DNA of 64,000 nucleotides, taken from contig JBHGNT010000008.1 of assembly GCA_043228905.1 (NCBI GenBank), positions 6,138,001-6,202,000 of the forward strand, in the 5' to 3' direction. A program made the position numbers and the translations under genes. Under the pieces are notes generated by a model. The model worked only from the letters and a program-made list of their open reading frames with translations. It made no database searches and was not told the origin of the DNA. This document shows positions 37,901-49,800 of this stretch, one piece after another. This stretch comes from Azolla caroliniana (taxonomy: Eukaryota > Plantae > Polypodiophyta). Numbering within the stretch: the first letter of the stretch is position 1; every line of letters begins with the position of its first letter.

Positions 37901-39075
37901 GTGTGTTGGCAAGTAAACTGTCGTCGTATTCCTTATTGTCCAATGTATGCAGTAAAGGCATTAGAGAAGTACTCTTTGCCGTTGTCTGATCGAAGGCATC
38001 GTACATGATGATTGGTTGCCTTTTTTACTTCATTCTTGAATTTTTGGAAGTGTTAGAACACTTCACGCTTTTGGCACATTGGATAAATCTAGGTATGTCT
38101 GGAGAAGTCGTTGATGAACGTTACATAGTACCGTCAACCACCGAATGTTGTAGTCAAACTGGGTTGGTTCCCATACATTCGAATGTACTACATCTAGGAT
38201 CCCTTTGCTTACGTTCCTCTCCTTTGGAAACGGTTGACAGTGTTGTTTGCCAATTTGACAAGCTTCGCACACGCTTGCGCTCTCCTTTTCGGTGAAGGTC
38301 ACGAGTTCGACGACGACTCCTTTCGACTGCATTCCTTTGAGCTTGTGCCACAACTATATATCGACGTCGGTTCTTTGGCCCTTTGCATACATTGCCGAGT
38401 TCATATCGTGAGAGTCGAGGATGAACATCTGACCGCGAGCGATGAGTCGGCTTTCTTTTTCGATAAGAACTCCAATAGCTTTGGCCAACAAGGTATTGGT
38501 GCATCTTGTACTCCCAAAATGCAAAGTTTATGTCGAGCTTTTCGGTAGAAAGAGCGCTTCCCATATGTGTATTCATGTCGAGCTTCTTCTTCTTTGATGC
38601 GAACTGTGCAAGTTGCTACTATAGTGATCAACCGGTTCTTTCCGAACGCGGAATCGAGCACAACACAAATAGAAGCAATGGACTTCGATCAAGCTACCAC
38701 GCGCTCTGATACCATGTCAAGAATCAGATGGATTCTGCGCAGCAGAAGAACTATGTGTTCGTGTGTGTGTGGAGAGAGAGACATATAGACAAATAGACAG
38801 GAAAATAGAAAATTGTATTAACAAGGAACACAAGAATTGTCAACAACATACAAAGAAAAGGAGAAGGTGCTTATGTAGTCACCTTCTCTCTAAGTTCTTT
38901 TACTAGTACCTCGTATTGGGAAAGAGGTTGTGTCTTAACTACCTAATGAATATGTGTCATAGAACATTAACTTTTATGACACACATAGTTACTATACAAG
39001 GAGGTGGGGTGTTCACACACACGAGTATCCTAGAGTGTGTTCCCACTCACGGGATGTTGAGTTTGATTCTCAATA
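34968..39075 (-). mobile_element. Ty1/copia LTR retrotransposon, both LTRs present, internally deleted and degenerate
   Basis: LTRs 38715-39075 (5') and 34968-35303 (3'). TSD GTAAT at 34963-67 and 39076-80. PBS tggtatcagagc (initiator tRNA-Met type) 38703-38714. Gag start (EKLD.NF..WEYKM), integrase (LWH...CEACQ.GKQ), RT (YKARLV.KGY.Q..VDYEETFAPVAK) and RNase H (LSTEAEY, RTKHIEVHYHFIRE). Confidence 0.93.
36832..37286 (-). mobile_element. Solo LTR (unrelated family) nested in copia RT
   Basis: Splits NGT|VHRYKARLV. Perfect TSD ACAGT (36827-31, 37287-91). Minus strand starts tgttacggg and ends ..ctaata; ctataaata TATA near 37105. Confidence 0.85.
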
Positions 39076-39080
39076 GTAAT

Positions 39081-41100
39081 ATGTGGGGAACTACGTTTTA
39101 TTATATTGGAAAGGTCAATGATAAATGATTAGGCAAATCTTGAAGTGCATCACTCATTTCATTATAAGTAAATATTTCTAAAATTGATCATTCATATACA
39201 GTGTTATTCTTACTTCCAACTTATTCCAAACACATGGTTGACATTTTATATCCTCAATGGAAAAGGTCTCTAATGATAGTAATCTCGAATAGTAGTGTGT
39301 GGCTATCTCTCTCGTCACATCTGGGTCTGATGAGATTGTCTCATTCTCAGTAATTGTTTTATTGAAACACATTATCATGGGGGCTCATTGCATAAAAAAA
39401 ATCAGTTGTGCCTTCGTCTCCCATTTGGGCTGGAAAAATTCAAAGATTTCTCGTAAACCATCAACTACCCTCATGGCCATTGAGTCTCGTAAAACATTAT
39501 TTTGACACCATAATTCAACCACTTGCATGAAAAGCTATTGTCTAACAACAAAATTTTCGGAATCTTCAAAATAGATAAGTCCGGAAAACTTTGATTCAAT
39601 ATGGAAAGGATAATCGGAGCATGATCTAAAAAGGTAGTTCTCTACGTTATATGTATAGTGCCAATATATGAAAGAAATTTGTCAGATACATAGAATCTAC
39701 CTAAGCGAGATAGATTGGCACCATTTAAACGTTGATTTGATAATGAAAAAACAAGTGAAGATTTTGTACTAACCAACGAAGGAGCATGCCAAGCATCTAA
39801 CACTTGTAACTTGTAAGGAAAACACTAATTATTCCCTGTTACTCCCCTCTAGAGGAACACATTGTTGGTTACTACTCTTGAGTAGTCGACTCAAGGTATT
39901 GTGGTAGAAAGGAGGGGTAGGTTTTGAGATGTCTTGCTAACAGTGTACTCAATTGGAATCAGGACGTGGCGTAACTCTTATGCGGATGTTACCTAGGTAT
40001 GTCAAACCAAATATAACCCTGATCGTCGGTTCCAGATGACACTCGTCAATATAGACTGATCGTGTTGAGGCCCAAAAGGAACACAAGGTATGGGTTCTGG
40101 ACGGATCGACTACCACGATGTGTACGTACGATTTCACAGTACTAATATTAGACTTAGAGATTCCATAATTGCGAACATAGGGTTTACCTACAAACACATA
40201 ATTATATTAATATTGCAAAACTGTTACAAAGGCAACAGATAGACTATTGATTGGGATTCTTAGCCTTTCTCAGACTACGTGCACCTCTTTGTACAATCCC
40301 CTAGTCTATCAATATCCCCCTCCCCCCCCCTTTACTTCTCTCAATCATACACCCTTATATAAGACTCCATGCTTCCTATTTTTAGGAAGCATGGTGGCTT
40401 AAAAATCGTTACAATCATTAATTGTTTTTGGCGATATTGTTCTCGATTGCCTTTGTTTATCTTTTTCCCGATTTGGCCTTTTGTCCCTTTTCACACATTT
40501 GGGTCGTCCTGCCCGGCCAACATTCCCAAATTGCCAATTCATGTCCGCTATCATAGTTGAGCTACCTCCCATTCTATCAATGGGATCCTCAAGAATGTTG
40601 AAATCACCAGAAATACACTAGTGGTCAAAGCGGAGGTAAAATATTTAGTAAAACTTGCCAGAATTGGTTCTGAGTCGAGGCAATATTAGGAGCATATACA
40701 TTCAAGAGTCCCCATATAATCTCTTGTTTTTTTATAATGAATGGAACCCACCTCTGGGCAATAGCCATACATACACCACCAAGAACTTCCATCTCGCCTA
40801 TTGCAGGGGACCAAAACATGTCCCAATTCTCGGAAATAAGAGATTCATAATGGGAAATTCTAAAAGCATTTAATCGATGTTCTTATAATAAAAGAAAGTC
40901 TCGAGATCCACCCACTAAACATTTTGTAATTTCTTGTCAGAGATGATCTTTGTATCATCTATATAAGGGGCCACCTAACCACTGAACATTCCATGACATC
41001 ACTCGCATTTAAAGTGACATAGGCAATTGCAATTCCATTTTCCTACTTTTTGCCAATGGCTCTCAAGTGAATTCATTGCCACCTTTCACTCCAATTATCA
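39081..41100 (-). mobile_element. L1 LINE ORF2 endonuclease-region relic, interrupted
   Basis: NVYAPN..S.Q..FW (40625-40819), GDFNILEDP.DR.GG (about 40560-40610), SRL.RFYVS, DHAPIIL (about 39610-39700), IATHYYSRLL (39178-39378). Confidence 0.7.
39837..40553 (-). mobile_element. LTR-like segment (probable solo LTR) inside L1 relic
   Basis: TG...CA ends (tgttactcccc ... ccgctatca), cttatataag TATA-like near 40355, interrupts the L1 reading frame. No TSD seen. Confidence 0.5.
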
Positions 41101-41972
41101 CACAGGGCAAAGGTAATGCATCACAAACAATTCTTAAGTGATGACGAGTTTGAGCCAATGCTTGCCCTTCGAACAACCCACATTCATGAATATAGGTATA
41201 ACCACAATTAGGAAGGGGTTGGAAATCTAAGGAAACAACCACTTGGATCCACCCCATTACATTGGTCAATGACATACATTGCATAGTTGTTGCCTTAAGA
41301 CCTTTTAATAACACTTCCCCAAAGTTGTCATAATTAACATATTTTGCAAAATGTAGAGTTTGTTGCTTAACAACATACATTTGCTGTAGCCCGACTTTCT
41401 TAATCAAAACCACAAAATGGAAATGAAAATCCCACGAGAGATTGCATGGATGTGAAGAGAACATGAACTCATATTCATACAACACCGTTATCAACCATGT
41501 CTCCAAAAAATTTTAAAAATCCAAACCCATATGTGGCATTCCATTTAGTGACTGAAAGTCACAATTATTTTCTACATTAGAGCTTTTTTGGATTGTGCAA
41601 ATAAAGTTCTCATTTGAACCTCACAAACTAGATGATCTCTTCATAGACCGGTTTAATGGTCAAGATGAATGAAGCAAGGTCAATTGTTGATTAGTCGATA
41701 TTATTGTTGTCTTATTTTGTACAAACAATGAAATGGCTCCTACTGAGCAAACTCTTCTTCATTGGAAAGAGATCGTACAGGAACATTATTGGTTTGGCAT
41801 ACATGAGCATCGTTTTGTGATAAAGAGTTATATTATCCTTGTAACAAGACATAATGACCTACACTTACATGGGCACGTAGAGAACCACTATTTTCTTTGA
41901 TATGTGTGTATTTATGTATGCATGTACGTACGTGGGTATTTATGTATGGGTGTGTGCATGTGTATGTATATG

Positions 41973-42707
41973 TAGGAATCGGCAACGACTAAGCTCAAGC
42001 CTAAACCGAGCCATTAAACCGGTTTAAAACACTTTAGTGGTTTAGTGGCTCGACTAAGGCTTGAGCAATATCAAGAGAAATACTAAAATCTCTGGGAAAC
42101 AAAAAGGCATTGTAGAAATAACAGTCGATGTTAAAATAGTTTGAGCTTAGTATGGTTCGGCTTGAGCCCTGCCAAACCCGACTCAAACTGGTTATGTCAT
42201 TTTAACTTTTTTTACTAGTGTTAGTTTAATAATTAGGTCATTTTTACAAGCAGTCGATTGTCGACACAAACATTAGAGAGAGAGAGGGAGAGGGAGTGAA
42301 AGAAAGATTTGGAGCCTGCACAATGCACCGCAACGCCTTCTATATAGCAAGTTGCAACGAGGACCTATTTCTATCGAGCTTAGAGCACCTCCCACATCCA
42401 ACACGCCTTCTTATAATGAGAGGACCTATTTCTATCGAGGACAAAGCACCCTCCCACAACCTGCACGCCTTCTTATAACGAGAGGACCTCTTTCTATCGA
42501 GCTCAAAGCAACCTCCCGCAGCCTGCACACGCCTTCTTATAACGAGGGATTAGAGGGAGATTACTGATTAAGGACGAGAGGATAAGAGATTAGAGGTTTT
42601 AAGCCTTAAACGGTTTAGGGATCGGGTTTTGGTCCTCCAGGTTTGAGAACACCCAAACCGATTTAGGCTGAACCAAACCGGTGAAGCCTAAACCGAACCG
42701 TTGCCAG

Positions 42708-42712
<5 letters not shown>
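41973..42712. mobile_element. hAT-like non-autonomous element upstream of PGAP3 with internal about 63-bp tandem array
   Basis: Left end taggaatcggcaacg..gctcaagcctaaaccgagcc; right end aaaccgaaccgttgcc; many aaaccg motifs. acgccttcttataacgagaggaccta repeats at 42333, 42403, 42465 and 42529. Confidence 0.6.
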
Positions 42713-42741
<29 letters not shown>

Positions 42742-43001
42742 AGAAGACGAGAGAAAAAGCCATTCCCTTCCCTTCCCTTCTTCCGGCGAACAGTAGCAGC
42801 AGCAGAGAAGAAAAACAGAGAGGAACAGGAATTGCCTCCCGTTCACAGACCGACGGTCGCAGACCATGGTGGAGCGCTCGCCATAGCTTCTGATTCCTTC
42901 GCCTCCCCCCCCCCCCCCCCCCCCCCAGGCTTCTGTTTCTTTTGTTTCTTTCTTTCTGCGCGGTTCCTCCTCCCCACCCCCCCTTCGCATTCGTGGGAAG
43001 T

Positions 43002-46000
43002 ATGAAGAGATCCTCCCTTTTCCCCCTCCTCCTTCTCCTCCTCGCTTCAGCGTGCCTTCTCTCCGTTTGTCAGAGCAGTGATGGCGATAAAGATCCACAG
43101 TACAGGTATGCGCTTCTTCTCTTCTTCAGAGGCATTTCGTTCAATGCGTTTGATTCTTGTTCTCGTTCTCCTCCTCGTTTCTTCTTCTTCTTCGTTTTTT
43201 CCATTTACATTTACAATGTGTATTCTTTCCTGGAGTAGGATCCATCGGTAAGTTCCGTTTTTTGTTTTTCCGTTAAATTTTATCATTACGTGTAACTCCC
43301 ATCTGAGAAGAATGGACCAGGTAAAATTTCATTCTCTTCTCCGGAACTTGTGATAGTGCTCTCAGAATGCATCAGGTTTGTAATTTTTGCTATTCCATCC
43401 ATGTTTTCTGATGCTATGCCAAGACCAGTCTTTCATGGCATATGTTTTTGTTGTTCTTTGTCCCGTGTCTTTATTGTTTATCCTTCTCCCAGATCTGCTC
43501 AAATAAATTCCGGATCCAGCTAATACTAGTATGAACTTATACAATGGCACAACGCAAATTGTGTCATTGTACTTTTCAAACGAAAATATACTGGTTCTTC
43601 TACGTTTTCCGGAACTTATATTTTGGAGGCAGAAATTTACTAGTTTTTCTATGTTATTTTGAATCCTTTCCAAAAATCATTGGTGGTTTGTGCAATGGTA
43701 GATCTCACAATGAGACTTTTGTTCTTTTGAAACAAGAATTTACTGGCTATTCCAACGTTTTTACAAATCAATTTGTTGTTGTCGTAACTACTGCAATAGG
43801 GGATCTCACAATGACGCTGTTGTTCTTCGGAATGAGAATCTACTGGTTTTTCTACATATCTTGAATTATTTCTATGAACATTAGCAAATTTGCATGAATG
43901 ACAGTCATGTTGTTGAGACTTTTGCTATTTGCAACAATGATTTACTGATGATTTCAATGTATTATAGACTCAATTCAATGCTGTCTTAACTAGTGCTGCG
44001 GGGGATCTCACAATGGCACTTGGTTCTTTAGAACAAGAATTCACTGGTTGTTCTACCAATTTGTGTGATCTGTTTCAGCCTGTGAAAAGTGAGATTTTGT
44101 TCTTTGGAATGAGAATTTAGTGGTGCTTCTCATTCTATTTTGAACCTCCTTAGTACTGTATGAACTTTTGTCAGTGTATGCAATGGTATATCTATCATAC
44201 AAAGATAATATTCTTCAGCTTTGGAATGAGAATCAACTGCTTGTTCTCGTGTTTTATTGAACCCATTCAGGTCTGCATGAAGTAGTTCAATGATGGTTTG
44301 TGTGATGAAACGTTGTTCTTTAGATGTTCGAACAGGTTTTGAAAATCTATCCAGTGCTGTATAAACAATGAGAGATATGGTTTTTGAAATGGAAAAGTGA
44401 CATTCTTTGGAACATTAGTTTACTAGAATTGATTGAGTGCTCTATGAGCTAGGGCATCATACAATGATCTGTGGAATCTGAATTTACTGGTTCTTCCACT
44501 GTTTTTTTGAATCCCGTCTGTGCTATCTGAACTGATTAAAGGACAAATTTGCATTCTATATATTCTGGTTCAAGGTTTACATTAGCAGGATAGCCATCTG
44601 CTTGTTCCTTAAACCTGACTGCCATGTTTTTGTCCTTGGTATGAATTAGGATTAATGGTAGGCTTGAGTTTATTCATTTGTATGCAAATTCTGAGATCTG
44701 AGAAAAGAGAAACCATCAAGACATCATGTTCCTTGGAAATAAACTTGAGAATTTCTAAAAATGTTGTCATCAGCCATTCTTTCTTGTATCTCCGGGCACC
44801 TCTGAGTGCAACTTGACTATCGTGCATCTTTTTAGAAGGTGAGATTGGTTTTACATATATACAATTGATCCACCATTGACCTTAACCGGAAGATTGTCTT
44901 ACTTAGCTGTGTGAACTTGGCTTTCATTTAATCACCACCATAAATCCTGAAACTAATGCTGTGCTGGAAGTAAAAGATATGGCTGTTTGTTTGTTACTAA
45001 TGTACAAGTTCTCAGATCTGAGTTGACTATCGAATATGTGCGACTTAAAGCTTCTTTCATTTTATTATTATCTTGGTATCTTGCTATATCCTATAACAAT
45101 GTTACTCTACGATTATACAAGATAAACTGCTCTATCATTTTAGTTTAATGCATTTTTATGAAACGCAGGACTTGTGTAGAAAACTGTGAGAAGTCAGGTT
45201 GCATCGGTGATAAATGTTACACAAGCTGTCAAGCTGCTGTAAATGGTGATGATAAAGAAGAGAAACAGAAAAGCAAGTGCCCATATGATGATTGGATACA
45301 GTGGGATTGCACTAATGAATGTAAATATCAGTGCATGATTATCCGAGAGACTGAAAGACAAGAAATTGGCCAAGTACCTGTTAAGTATCATGGCAAATGG
45401 CCTATTGTACGGATGTTTGGGTTACAGGTATGCCATGTTTTTGTTATGATGTTATTTTCTTGATGATTTTCATGCTGTAGGTTTTTGAACTTTTCCATTC
45501 TTGGTTTGTCGAAAAACTGACACATAGAAGTTGTAGTTTTGCTATGTTGTCGATCATCCAAGGATTGTAGAAATATTATTTTATTCTACTTGCTCTATCA
45601 TTTCTCCAGAATATGGTTTAAAAATTATAGCTACATGTTATACAAAGGATACTGAATAGCTTTTTTAAGGCTTTAAAAGATTTCTAGTTAGTTTTTTATG
45701 AAAAGGTGCAGTTTCCTTTATTTTTGTAGTAGCCACCAACGTTCCTCGTTACGGAGCATGTCAAGCATCCAAAATTTTCATTTGTTCTTTCTACAATATT
45801 TTCTTCACCCATGCAATTTCATGATTTTTCCTAGTCACAAATCCGTGTCAACTTAGAATTCAAATTGATCAAATAGTTTTAAATGCATATCCAAAAGCAT
45901 TTTCAATACAATTCACATGCTAGGAGTTCAACCCCCATCGCCGTGCTTGCTTCGAACAAATGGAAACCCATGAACAGAAAGATAAAGAAAATTTATTGTA

Positions 46001-46809
46001 TCCTGACACCATCCATGAGATGCTTGCTTGAATCTGAAATATCAAACTATGCTATTCTGTATGCAAACACTCTGTACATCTCTTCACTTATAATGCTAGT
46101 TAAGCATTTTCTGTCTGCCATTGAAAACCATTGCAACAAGGTAATTATGGTCATCAACTGTATGCGTAGTTTCCACAGATTACAATTCTTGAGTTTAAGT
46201 AGTTCTGTCTCCATGTCTAGCATCCAAGGATACATACTTGGCCTCAGAATCTGTGTTGCTATCACTATCATACACTTACTCTTCCTCTTCACGACATTGT
46301 TTGCAATGCCCATTGACCATGGAGTCGTTCTTCCATTTGTCTATGCTGATCGTTATTATCTATTAGTCTTTTCCAAACCATGAGAAGAAACAGCTATATG
46401 GTCAGTTCCTTTCTTGCATCTCTCGAAGCATGCCCGCAAGACATAACAAGAAGTCAAGGATCTCAAACATATTCCTCCATAGCATCTATGGATGATAAAT
46501 TATCTCTCATGCAAGTTGGCAGTTTGGTATGTCTATGGATGTGTGAGTATGAATGCATCATGAATCATGCTCGGTTAAGGAACGGTGTGAACACATTCAT
46601 TTGTGCTTGATTTCGACATAAATTTTTATGGTCTTGAGTGCAAACAAAATATGATATGGATTCTCACCGTTGTATAGTAAAATACTCTTTGATTAAAAAT
46701 AGAGTGCTCAGTTGGCCCTCAACATTCTGCAATTTTATCTAGCAAATCAATGCAAGTATGGGGACTTGAATCCTAGAGCATGGGCATAGCTTACCAATAG
46801 GGTACAACC

Positions 46810-46887
<78 letters not shown>

Positions 46888-49800
46888 AAATCAAAATAAA
46901 ATAAATATTACACAGTAAATATAAAAGTAAATAAGATGAGATGAAATGAGGGAATTTGGTTTTTGGCACATGTGAGATTCTCAAGTTAGATATATCCTAG
47001 CTTTTGTCTTCGAAAGATCTCTAGCATAGGTCGATCCGGAATGGAAATGTCTCCGAAGCGAGGGAAGCACCTATGATGGCGGGAGATAATGGTTTTTATC
47101 TGTCGATGACAAGGGTGTCGAGGTCATGGTCCATGGGGCCAGGGTCTATGTGCACGGCGAATTGCTATTGCCCGATCAATTGTAACCCCTTTGGTCCTCA
47201 TGGCATTGTTGGTTCTCATATTCCATTACCTTGCGTAGTGGGCCAAAGCCTTGTTTAAAGAGGCAATGGTATCTCCCTCTGATTTCATAAAAGACACTAC
47301 AAGGACAAACATAGTGTTCTTCGGATTCCACTCCTTGATGACACAATGGGCAAATTCTCTCTTCTGGAGGTAGTCGTGTATATCTGCCTACCTCAATTTG
47401 TAAGTGATGTGATGAAGTTCACAGCTGCCCTATCACACTACGTAGCGCATAGGATAGATGTATGTCCATATAAGGTGGCCTAATGATGAATCCGTCCTCT
47501 GATGTGTGTAAGAAGTGTGTCTTATAGTGTTCCATCTTTGTACCAAGGGGTATTTTGGGGCTGATCCTTGTTATCTTATTTTCCAAGTTAATAATATCAG
47601 TTCGGATCACTCTATTCTTTTCCACTTTGGTCATATTTAGATGGGGGCAGTCCAAGCTATGTTGGAACGGGGGTAGTGCGTTTATACTCATGCCATGTGA
47701 CTCGAACCATTGCTGCATTTCAGCATACCAACAATGAGTGTCTCCATTTATACCAATTGTCTTGATGACATAAGTGCCAACCTTGGGTACCTTCGTTTAG
47801 GGAGCTCCCAAAGACGTTGGATAAATGTCGTTGATCGGAACAATGCCTCGGTTATTATAGGCGATGCTCCCATCTCTGCCACGGATTATATCGTGGGGCA
47901 CCGATGCTTTGCTCCTTATCATGCGAGCAATCATTGACACTTAAAGGTCTCTCTAAATCTTTCCAATGATTTGCCTTGTTAAGACTCGGTCCCCATGTTT
48001 CTACTCCATAGAGAAAGAGTTGGTGTGACAAGTGTATCAAATAACCACAGCTTAGTTCGTGGCTCTTGGAATTGCATATGTGCACATTGTCTCTCGAGAG
48101 CACCAAGGGCTATATATACCCACGAGAAAGTCGGGCACAAGCAGCCTCCTGTAAGGAGAACCTAGGCCCTGTAAATATTACTCCTAGGTATGTGTAGGTG
48201 TGTGAGTATTCCACCTTTTCCTCTCCCAAGAAGAATTCCGGTTCTGATCTTGTTACCCATGCTTAAGTGGTGTTAAACACCATCACTTTAGTTTTATCCA
48301 TGTTGATTGACAAACCTTTGTCCGTACAAAATAGTTTTAAGGCATTTAGATGTCTTTGTAGTCCCTCCGGAGAGTCAGAAATCAGGACAATATCATCAAC
48401 ATATAGTAATATTTGTATAGCTGTACCTGCGAGGCGTGCTCCCGAACCCCCAAACCTCTCTATGTAATGTGATACCTCATCTATATAGAGACCGAAGAGA
48501 GTGGGTCATAGTGGGCATCCTTGCATCACTCTGATTGTGATACCCACTGGCTTTGACAAAACCTTTGAAGACCGCACTTTTCCTGTGACGGATTCATAGA
48601 GTGCATAGATTCCCCATTGCATATCTGTAGGAACACCAAGGGCTTCTAGCCGCTGCATAATGTTAGGTGTAAAGGCCCGTAGTTCACAAATTAGGTAATT
48701 ATTCGTATATGTGAACACATTGTTCACCTGGACGGGACACCTCCTTTTGTAATGTGAACACACCACTTTCTTTGTAAGGTTAACTAATATAATAACCTTT
48801 TTTTTTCTTGTGTACCAATCAAGGCGGTTGGGTACACCAAAGATCTGCATGTCTCTACTCTCATCTCTACTACAATCCTGTTTTGCTGAATGTCATCTCT
48901 CAATAGCTGATCCGTCAAACATCCCTCTTTACCTTTAATTGGTATCAGAGCCAAATCTCTTTCCTCTGCTTTGCTGTTTTTCTTTAGATTCAGAATCAGC
49001 AGAAAACACAGATTTAAAAAATAAAATAAAAATAAAAAAAAATAAAAAAAAAAAATAAAAAAAAAATCTGTCAGACCCTTTCCTATTGGTATTTTGCTCA
49101 ATTTCTGAAGGCATCTGTCATAAATCTTGGGAGCAATGGCCTCCACTTCAGCTGAAGTGAAAAACCTCTTTGAAATCAAGAGATTTGATGGAAAAGGTTT
49201 CGAATTGTGGAAAGAGTGTATGCTGGGCATCCTCTTTCTAAGATATTGTGAAGATGCTCTCGTAGAAAAGAAACCAGAGAGCATGGAAAATGATGCTTGG
49301 AACACTCTGAATAAGAAAGCCATTATATATATTAAAATGGTTGTTTCTGATGAAATTCTTGTAGATGTAAAGGGCTTGACTACTGCCCATCAAGTTTGGG
49401 AGAAACTTAAGAAAACTTACGAGAATACTACTCCGGTGAATCAGGTGCATTTGATGAGAAAACTTGTTAGTATGAGGCTAGATGAGTCGAAAGGTGCAAC
49501 AGAGCATCTATCGTTATTCATAGGTACTCTCTCCCAACTACAAGATTCAGGATTACCAGCTTTTGATGACAAGCTCAAAGCTATCTTCCTACTTATGACT
49601 TTACCGGATTCCTGGGAAACATTAGTTGTTTCACTATCTAATAGCCCCACCTTGACCTTCGATGGTGTGCTGGGCTCTATTCTCAGCGAAGAGATTAGAA
49701 GAAAATCTAGCAGAGAAGGTAGTGGTTCAACATACAATATTAGGGGGAGATATGATAAGAGGAACCCAAATGTAGGACAAAGAAATAGAAGTAAGAGTAG

